Assembly: GCA_049968255.1 (NCBI GenBank)
Contig: JBMFRB010000008.1
Span: forward strand, 1-64,000
Source: Candidatus Sumerlaeaceae bacterium
Lineage (GTDB): Bacteria; Sumerlaeota; Sumerlaeia; Sumerlaeales; Sumerlaeaceae
Length of the DNA stretch: 64,000 nt
Direction of reading: 5' to 3'
The notes beneath the pieces are model-generated. The model was not told where the DNA came from, did not search any database, and was given only the letters and a program-made list of their open reading frames with translations. The position numbers were made by a program, and so were the translations under genes. Shown here piece by piece: positions 57,198 through 64,000 of the stretch; position 1 is the first letter of the stretch; every line of letters starts with the position of its first letter.

Positions 57198-58316
57198 ATG
57201 AAATGGGCATGGAAAATTGGCCGATGGGCTGGCATTGATGTTTACATTCACGTGACGTTCGTCGTCTTGCTAGCTGCCTTAGCATTCGTGAACTGGCTCG
57301 GCTCGGGGAGCCTCACGGCAGCGCTTTATGCCACACTGTTCCCCGCCCTTATCTTCCTTTGCGTACTGCTTCACGAGTTTGGCCATGCACTAGCAGCCAA
57401 ACGCTTTGGCATCCCCACTCGCGACATCACCCTTTATCCCATTGGTGGTGTAGCCCGGCTCGAGCGGATGCCCGAGAAGCCCGCCCAAGAACTCGTCGTC
57501 GCTCTCGCCGGACCCATGGTCAATGTCATCATCGCAGCCGCACTCTATTTCTTCCTCGCAAACACACGCGGCTTCCAGCCCGTCGAGACTCTCACCCTCA
57601 GCTCTGGCAGTCTCCTCCAGCGCCTCATGATCGCCAACATGATGCTCGTGGGCTTCAACCTGCTGCCCGCATTCCCGATGGATGGCGGACGTGTTCTGCG
57701 TGCGTTGCTCGCCTCCTTGCTCGATTATGTCCGCGCCACACACATCGCAGCCTCCATTGGCCAGGCCATGGCCCTGCTCTTCGCTTTCGTCGGAATCACC
57801 GGCGGCAATCCCTTCCTGCTGTTCATTGCGTTCTTTGTCTGGATCGGCGCTTCGCAAGAATCAAGCATGGTCCAGATTAAAACCGCTCTTGCCGGCATAC
57901 CGGTTTGGCGCGCTATGATCACAGACTTCCGCGCCCTCACCCCACAGGATTCGCTTGCAGCCGCAGCCGACCTCATCATCGCGGGAACACAGCAAGATTT
58001 CCCCATCGTCGAAAACGGCAAGGTCGTGGGAATCCTCACGCGTGCCCAACTTATTGAAGGGCTAACAAAGTTCGGTCCCGACGCATCCGTGAGCAACGTG
58101 ATGCAGCGCGACTTTATCACGCTCGAACCCACGGAAATGCTCGAAACGGCCTTCGCCAAATTGCAAAGCTGCGAATGCCGTACGGTGCCTGTCGTTATGA
58201 AGGGGCGCCTCGTGGGGATCGTCACGCCCGACAACGTCGGCGAGTTTCTCATGATCCAATCCGCACTCAGCCATAGGCCAGCCCCTGCCTTCCCCCAGTG
58301 GGGCCCACAGGAGTAA
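57198..58316 (+). CDS. site-2 protease (M50) with C-terminal CBS pair
   Basis: HEFGH, NLLPAFPMDGGR, two CBS domains; GGAG before ATG 57198. Confidence 0.93.
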   Translation: MKWAWKIGRWAGIDVYIHVTFVVLLAALAFVNWLGSGSLTAALYATLFPALIFLCVLLHEFGHALAAKRFGIPTRDITLYPIGGVARLERMPEKPAQELVVALAGPMVNVIIAAALYFFLANTRGFQPVETLTLSSGSLLQRLMIANMMLVGFNLLPAFPMDGGRVLRALLASLLDYVRATHIAASIGQAMALLFAFVGITGGNPFLLFIAFFVWIGASQESSMVQIKTALAGIPVWRAMITDFRALTPQDSLAAAADLIIAGTQQDFPIVENGKVVGILTRAQLIEGLTKFGPDASVSNVMQRDFITLEPTEMLETAFAKLQSCECRTVPVVMKGRLVGIVTPDNVGEFLMIQSALSHRPAPAFPQWGPQE

Positions 58317-58612
58317 GTGTTACCCCGCCAGGGGCAAGCATCCGCGCTCCACACCACGCAGGGAGACCTTCAACGACAGGGCGGGCCCTTGTCTTTGCCA
58401 TCGTTCCCGCGGAAGCTATCCACTCTTACCGTAAAAAGTTTAGTCACCACTTGGTGGGAGCTGGTACGCCTTGCGAGGTCTCTATCAACACCCACCTGCG
58501 GCGAGCGTGAGAGCTACCATGCTAAGTCGCACCCGTGCCTAGGTCTAAAGCCTTGCCGCAAAGCCTCATGACCCTACGGGACACTGGCGACCAAAGCGGA
58601 GTGGTTTTGAAG

Positions 58613-58652
58613 GCGCATCGTTGGTGCTTTTTGTGCGGCACAATTGGAGCGC
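58613..58652. promoter_or_regulatory. two NtrC-like enhancer boxes
   Basis: GCGC-N7-GTGC (58613-58627) and GCAC-N7-GCGC (58638-58652), each one mismatch from GCAC-N7-GTGC. Confidence 0.6.
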
Positions 58653-58699
58653 GACGGGGAAGATAAAAGAATACTGCTTGAATTTTTGGTACTTGCATA

Positions 58700-58716
58700 T
58701 TGGCGCAAGTTTTGCT
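58700..58716 (+). promoter_or_regulatory. sigma54 (-24/-12) promoter of glnA
   Basis: TTGGCGCAAGTTTTGCT: GG-N10-GC with correct spacing, about 110 nt before glnA. Confidence 0.8.
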
Positions 58717-58828
58717 TTCCCAGCAAAAATGTTGCGGCGCCTTGCCGAATGTGGGTAGGCTCGAAAAAGAGCTTCGCTTTTCGCAAGGAGATGCTTCAAC
58801 AATCTAAGGAAAGAAACGAGGTTCAGTG

Positions 58829-60283
58829 ATGGCGAAATTACCAGAATCGACTGCGACACCGAAGACGCCGAAGGACGTCTTGAAGTTGGCCGCGGAGCAC
58901 AATGTTGTGGCGGTAGATTTCAAGTTTATGGACTTGCCAGGACAATGGCAGCATCTTACCGTTCCGATTTCGCAATTAGATGAGTCAAGCTTTGAGGACG
59001 GATTTGGTTTCGACGGTTCCTCAATCCGCGGCTGGTGCGAGATCAACGAAAGCGATCTCCTGCTGTTGCCTGATCCGGAAACCGCCTTCATCGATCCCTT
59101 CACTGCCCATCCCACGCTTTCGCTCATTTGCAACATTCTTGACCCCATCACAAAGGAGCGTTATAGCCGCGATCCGCGCAGCACAGCTGTCAATGCGGAG
59201 AACTATCTGAAGTCCACGGGTATTGGCGATGTTGCGTATTTCGGTCCAGAGCTGGAGTTCTTCATTTTCGATAGCGCCCGCTTTGCTGCAGCGGCCAACG
59301 GCTGCTTCTATGAAATCGACAGCGACGAAGGCATCTGGAACAGCGGCCGCCCGAACCAGCCGGGCAATCCCAACCTGGGGTGGCGTCCGCGCCACAAAGA
59401 GGGCTACTTCCCAGTGCCACCGATCGATCAGCTGCAAGACCTACGCACCGAGATGATGCTGAACTTGATGAAATGCGGCATCGAGGCCGAGGCGCAACAC
59501 CACGAAGTGGCCACAGCGGGCCAGGCCGAAATCGATATGCGATTCGCGCCGCTCGTGAAAATGGGCGATCAGTCGCTATTGTTCAAGTACATCATCAAAA
59601 ATACGGCAAAGAAGTTCGGCAAAACGGTGACCTTTATGCCGAAACCGCTGTTCGGCGACAATGGCAGCGGCATGCACGTGCACGTCTCGATCTGGAAAAA
59701 TGGGAAAAACCTCTTCGCCGGCAACCAGTACGCAGGACTGAGCGAAATGGCGCTGTACTTTATCGGCGGCCTGCTGAAACATGCTCCGGCGCTGCTTGCC
59801 TTCACCAGCCCGACAACCAACAGTTACAAGCGACTTGTGCCAGGATACGAGGCACCCGTGAACCTGGCTTACTCTCAGCGCAACCGAAGTGCGGCAATCC
59901 GCATTCCGATGTATTCGGCAAGCGAGAAGGCTAAGCGCATCGAATTCCGTCCGCCGGATCCTTCGTGCAATTTCTACTATGCCTTTGCGGCAATCCTGAT
60001 GGCGGGTTTGGACGGTATCCACAACAAAATCCATCCAGGCGAGCCGCTGGATAAAAACATCTACGATCTTCCTCCGGAAGAATTGAAGAAAGTGCCGCAG
60101 GTGCCGGGCTCGCTGGATAGAGCACTTGACGCGCTCGAACGCGACCACGAATTCCTGCTCAAAGGCGACGTGTTTACGGAGGATGTGATCCAAGCCTACT
60201 TGACCTACAAGCGCAAGAACGAGGTCGATCCAGTCAGGCTGCGACCCCATCCGTATGAATTCGTGCTCTATTACGACATCTAA
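58829..60283 (+). CDS. glnA: glutamine synthetase type I (adenylylation-regulated I-beta type)
   Basis: [44 protein letters not shown], adenylylation Tyr in DKNIYDL; start ATG 58829 or GTG 58826. Confidence 0.97.
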   Translation: MAKLPESTATPKTPKDVLKLAAEHNVVAVDFKFMDLPGQWQHLTVPISQLDESSFEDGFGFDGSSIRGWCEINESDLLLLPDPETAFIDPFTAHPTLSLICNILDPITKERYSRDPRSTAVNAENYLKSTGIGDVAYFGPELEFFIFDSARFAAAANGCFYEIDSDEGIWNSGRPNQPGNPNLGWRPRHKEGYFPVPPIDQLQDLRTEMMLNLMKCGIEAEAQHHEVATAGQAEIDMRFAPLVKMGDQSLLFKYIIKNTAKKFGKTVTFMPKPLFGDNGSGMHVHVSIWKNGKNLFAGNQYAGLSEMALYFIGGLLKHAPALLAFTSPTTNSYKRLVPGYEAPVNLAYSQRNRSAAIRIPMYSASEKAKRIEFRPPDPSCNFYYAFAAILMAGLDGIHNKIHPGEPLDKNIYDLPPEELKKVPQVPGSLDRALDALERDHEFLLKGDVFTEDVIQAYLTYKRKNEVDPVRLRPHPYEFVLYYDI

Positions 60284-60315
60284 GCCAAGTGTGTGTGGCG
60301 TGACTCCCTTCCGCT

Positions 60316-60357
60316 CATGCGGCCGATGGCAGAAGAGCCATCGGCCGCATGTCTTTT
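60316..60357 (+). terminator. rho-independent terminator after glnA
   Basis: Perfect 15-bp stem CATGCGGCCGATGGC/GCCATCGGCCGCATG followed by TCTTTT. Confidence 0.85.
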
Positions 60358-60624
60358 GGGGAGGCAGGGCCCCTGCCTAGCAACGGGAGTACTGGCGGCT
60401 AAAGTCAACGCCCCGAAGCCTGAGCTCAGTCGCTGTCGCGCGCTTACCCCTTTGCGCTAACACCGCGGGGATGCCCGAGCAGACCTCATTTTCTCTCCCT
60501 TTTCTTCCTCTGGCTATTTTGCCCACCGATTTAGCTTGCGAACACGATTTGGCTTTGTGTGGTTTCGCCATATGCGTTCCCTTCTCAAGGGAAAGCACGG
60601 CATTCGTTTGGGAGGTTTGATCCG

Positions 60625-62586
60625 GTGGCAAACCACGAAAAGAACACACCGCCCGAACCTGGCTATCCCGCGATGTCGGGATGGTGGTGGGTTCCGACCC
60701 TTTATTTTGCGCAGGGCATTCCCTATGTCATCGTCACGCAGGTTTCTGTGCCGCTATACAAACGCTTCGGAATTAGCAACGCCGATATAGCCTGGTACAC
60801 GAGCCTTCTCGGCCTCGCGTGGGTCGTGAAGCCGTTATGGGGACCGCTTGTCGATATGTACTGGACCAAACGCAAGTGGGTGCTCCTCACACAAGCGCTC
60901 ATGGCGATTGGCTTGGTCGGCGTTTCCGCAATTCTGCCCACGCCAGCGCCCCTGTGGTGGTATGGCTCCCTGGCCATTTTCGCAGTCATCTCCTTTGCTT
61001 CGGCCACACACGACATCGCCGCCGACGGCTATTATATGCTGGCTCTGGACCCGCACCGGCAGGCCCTATTCAATGGATTGCGCTCAACCTTTTGGCGCCT
61101 CTCGATGATTATCGGCACCGGGGTGCTGGTGATCATCGCAGGCCTGGTGGAAAGCAACAGCGGTCCAACCCCTGTCGTCGTGCAAATTGCCGCCGTGGCG
61201 AAAGGTCAGAGCTCAGCTGCGCCCAAGGTGGCGCCGCCGCAGGGAGGAGACTTTGCGAGAGTGGAGCCACCCACCAACCCGATCGAGGCCGGAACAACAG
61301 CTCCCATGGCAATACGATTGGCCAAGGCGCCAGACAATGGGCGGACTGTTGCCGTGAGCGTCTCCCTCGCACCATCGAAATGGTGGTATTTCTTCTTCCC
61401 CGTCGGCGATGAAGCGAACGTCAAAGTGGAAAAGGGCGACCGGCTAGAGTTCGGACCAAACAACTGGGACAAACCGCAGCTCGTCGAAATCCACGTGCAC
61501 AAGAACTTGAACAAACCAATCCTCGTGAACCTGCGCGTAGCTGCCGGAAACATCCCGCTGGCGTGGGCTATTTGCATCGGCGTGGTGGGAGCCGTCTACC
61601 TGTTGCTCTGGCTCTACCACACGCTCGTCATGCCCAAACCAGCGCTTGACGTTCTACGCAAACCCGAGGGAGCGTCGTTTATCCATTCCGCGGCTTGGCT
61701 ATTTGTGGCCGTGGGAGTCCCCGCACTTCTCTACTATCTCCTCTTTAATTTTCTCCAGCCACTTTTGGTGTCGGTACTGCCAGCAGAACATCGCACCAAC
61801 GACCAATGGAAGAGCCTGATGAGCTTCGTCACGTTCGTGCTCATTGTTTGTGGCGCAGGAATCCTTCTGCTGATTCCGCATGTCGGCCACGCGGCCGCCA
61901 AGCTCTTCACCGTGTGCTCTGAAAAGAGCCGTATTGGTTTTGCGGAGGTCTTTGCGTCGTTCTTCCGCAAGAAAGGCATAATGCGGATGCTGGCGTTCCT
62001 CATGCTTTACCGCCTGGCCGATGCTATGCTTGTCAAGATGATCACACCCTTTATGTTCGATCCGACAGAGAAAGGTGGCCTGGGCCTGAGCACCGCGCAG
62101 GTCGGCTTTGCCTACGGAACCATTGGAGTGCTCGGCCTGCTCCTGGGTGGCATCGTGGGGAGCATTTACGCAGCAACCCATGGCTTGGCGAAAGTGCGCC
62201 TCGTGATGTGTCTCTTCATGAACATCCCAATTCTGCTTTTCGTCCTCTTGGCTAAGTACCAGCCGCCCTTCCACATCGTGATGGTATCCGTGTTTGTCGA
62301 GCAGTTCGGTTACGGCTTCGGTTTCTCCTTCTATATGCTCTACATGCTCTACATCGCGGGGCAGGGCGAGCACAAAACGAGTCACTACGCACTTTGCACA
62401 GGTTTCATGGCGCTCAGCTTCCTGATTCCCGGCATGGTCAGCGGCATCATTCAGGAACTCATGGGACACTACTACGAGTTTTTCCTACTCGTTTTGGCGC
62501 TTTCCAGCCTAAGCTTCTTGGTCACTTTCATCATTCCGGTGGATCCAGAGTTCGGGAAGAAGAAGAAACAGCCCGTGGCCGCCTAG
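60625..62586 (+). CDS. AmpG-like MFS permease with inserted soluble domain
   Basis: WVPTLYFAQGIP, WVVKPLWGPLVD, SATHDIAADGYY, EQFGYGFG, HYALCTGFMAL; GTG start 9 nt after GGAGG. Confidence 0.88.
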   Translation: MANHEKNTPPEPGYPAMSGWWWVPTLYFAQGIPYVIVTQVSVPLYKRFGISNADIAWYTSLLGLAWVVKPLWGPLVDMYWTKRKWVLLTQALMAIGLVGVSAILPTPAPLWWYGSLAIFAVISFASATHDIAADGYYMLALDPHRQALFNGLRSTFWRLSMIIGTGVLVIIAGLVESNSGPTPVVVQIAAVAKGQSSAAPKVAPPQGGDFARVEPPTNPIEAGTTAPMAIRLAKAPDNGRTVAVSVSLAPSKWWYFFFPVGDEANVKVEKGDRLEFGPNNWDKPQLVEIHVHKNLNKPILVNLRVAAGNIPLAWAICIGVVGAVYLLLWLYHTLVMPKPALDVLRKPEGASFIHSAAWLFVAVGVPALLYYLLFNFLQPLLVSVLPAEHRTNDQWKSLMSFVTFVLIVCGAGILLLIPHVGHAAAKLFTVCSEKSRIGFAEVFASFFRKKGIMRMLAFLMLYRLADAMLVKMITPFMFDPTEKGGLGLSTAQVGFAYGTIGVLGLLLGGIVGSIYAATHGLAKVRLVMCLFMNIPILLFVLLAKYQPPFHIVMVSVFVEQFGYGFGFSFYMLYMLYIAGQGEHKTSHYALCTGFMALSFLIPGMVSGIIQELMGHYYEFFLLVLALSSLSFLVTFIIPVDPEFGKKKKQPVAA

Positions 62587-62609
62587 CAACGGCGCTGCGA
62601 TACCGTTGG

Positions 62610-62653
62610 GGCAGGCTTGCCACCCGATGTGCAGGGGGCAAGCCTGCCTTTTT
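62610..62653 (+). terminator. rho-independent terminator after the MFS gene
   Basis: 12-bp stem GGCAGGCTTGCC/GGCAAGCCTGCC followed by TTTTT. Confidence 0.8.
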
Positions 62654-62933
62654 CGCAGGACACATTCCCGGCAAACGGTAGGAGCCTACCTCGCGCATGT
62701 CCAAACGTTTTTTGGTGCGAGCGTCGGCTTCACTCGCGTTGGGCCACTAGCCCTGTCGGTACGCCCCCCACTGTGAGGGAGGAAAGTCACTTCTTTACCT
62801 AGTCGACACAGCCCTTGCTGGCATGCATCCTCTTGTCCCCCTTTGGATTTTTCCTTTTGCGTACGTGTACGGCAACAGTGCTTCATCTAGCTCACGGATT
62901 CGCCACAGAGCAACCTCAGAAGGAGCTAGCGAG

Positions 62934-63776
62934 ATGGCCGTGACGCAAAAACGGACGCTGACGCTGGGCCATAGCCCTGACCCCGATGACGCCTTCATGT
63001 TTTATGCGCTCGCGAAGGAAAAAATAGACACGCGAGGTTGGCGCTTTGAACATATCCTGCAAGATATACAAACACTCAATGAGCGCGCCATGCGGGGCGA
63101 GCTCGACATTACGGCAATTTCCATTCACGCCTACGCCTACGTGGCAGATAAGTACGCCCTTCTCGCGAGCGGGGCAAGCATGGGATTGCGCTACGGCCCA
63201 ATGGTCGTGGGCCCCAACCCGCTAACGCTCGACGAGCTCAAGCGCACCACGATCGCCGTCCCCGGCACCATGACCTCCGCCTTTCTCACGCTGCGCCTGG
63301 CGATTGGCGACTATCCCTATGAGGTCGTGCCGTTTGATCGCATTATCGAAGAAGTGGTCAAAGGCCGCTTCGCAGCCGGCCTCATCATCCATGAGGGGCA
63401 ACTCACTTATGCGGCGGCGGGTCTGGTGAAAGTTCTCGACCTGGGCGAGTGGTGGTGGGAAAAGACACGACTTCCGCTTCCCTTGGGAGGCAATGTGGTG
63501 CGCCGAGATCTGGGCGCGCAGGCAATCGCCGAGATCTCTCAGATCTTACGCGAAAGCATCCGTTATGGACTCGAACACCGCGCAGAGGCAGTGAACTATG
63601 CGCTGCAATGGGCACGTGATATGGGCTTCGAGCTGGCCGATCAGTTCGTAGGAATGTACGTCAACGAGCTGACGCTCGACTATGGTCAAGCCGGCCGCCA
63701 GGGCGTGGAAAAATTCCTCACCATGGCGGCCGAACATGGCTACGTGCCGGAGCACCCGAAACTCGAATTCGTCTAG
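62934..63776 (+). CDS. mqnD: 1,4-dihydroxy-6-naphthoate synthase (futalosine menaquinone pathway)
   Basis: GHSPDPDDAFMF, DIQTLN, GLIIHEGQLTY, DLGEWW...LPLPLG, MYVNE; AAGGAG before ATG 62934. Confidence 0.92.
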   Translation: MAVTQKRTLTLGHSPDPDDAFMFYALAKEKIDTRGWRFEHILQDIQTLNERAMRGELDITAISIHAYAYVADKYALLASGASMGLRYGPMVVGPNPLTLDELKRTTIAVPGTMTSAFLTLRLAIGDYPYEVVPFDRIIEEVVKGRFAAGLIIHEGQLTYAAAGLVKVLDLGEWWWEKTRLPLPLGGNVVRRDLGAQAIAEISQILRESIRYGLEHRAEAVNYALQWARDMGFELADQFVGMYVNELTLDYGQAGRQGVEKFLTMAAEHGYVPEHPKLEFV

Positions 63777-64000
63777 CGGTGAGAAACCGACCGAGCTTTG
63801 GCCGATTCCGCTGCCCCGACGCGCACATACTTCGCAAACCCTGGATAGATGAAATCATGTCCACGCTGCGCCGCATCGGCCGGCGGATACTCGTTGAAAT
63901 ACTTGAGAATCGGGGCGTCTGCGGCGGCTTGACCAAAAATCTCTGGATCGAGCACGAATCGCACGTTTGGTGTGTCGCAGAAAACATTCACGTAGCCTCG
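63773..64000 (-). CDS. 3' end of an unidentified CDS entering from beyond the window
   Basis: Frame is open from the window edge to TAG at 63773, convergent with mqnD with a 4-nt overlap. Confidence 0.45.
   Translation of the reverse strand, partial: RGYVNVFCDTPNVRFVLDPEIFGQAAADAPILKYFNEYPPADAAQRGHDFIYPGFAKYVRVGAAESAKARSVSHR

Overview
Moderately GC-rich, gene-dense bacterial chromosome segment of mostly housekeeping genes; no prophage, transposase, integrase or CRISPR array was seen. About 50 CDS are supported, covering translation and RNA metabolism (glnS, gltX, rsmA, rlmD, tsaD, rph, nusA, Rsm22-like), energy and metabolism (isolated atpD, acpS, aroE, metF, pyrG, aspA/fumC-type lyase, glnA, mqnD, cdd, psuG), repair (uvrA, nth, dprA), iron uptake (feoB-feoA), mcsA-mcsB, and several secreted or envelope proteins, plus one tRNA-Ala(UGC). 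The mix of genes suggests a free-living diderm from a little-studied lineage (possibly Sumerlaeota/BRC1; unverified inference). Most interesting observations: (1) a receiver-domain protein whose output domain carries HEPN-like motifs (E...RNxxxH), last in a tsaD-mcsA-mcsB-rph run, i.e. a candidate phosphorylation-gated RNase; (2) an unannotated ~170-nt rod-like, 6S-like RNA with an alternative fold at ~25.5 kb; (3) a ccsA cytochrome c maturation gene split by a single in-frame TAG, next to an Rsm22/METTL17-like gene that keeps four Fe-S-type cysteines; (4) an AmpG-like MFS permease with an inserted periplasmic Ig-like domain; (5) FeoA fused to an 8-Cys domain; (6) a rimP-leader-type attenuator directly before a lone nusA. 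All calls are from reading motifs by eye; no database search was run.
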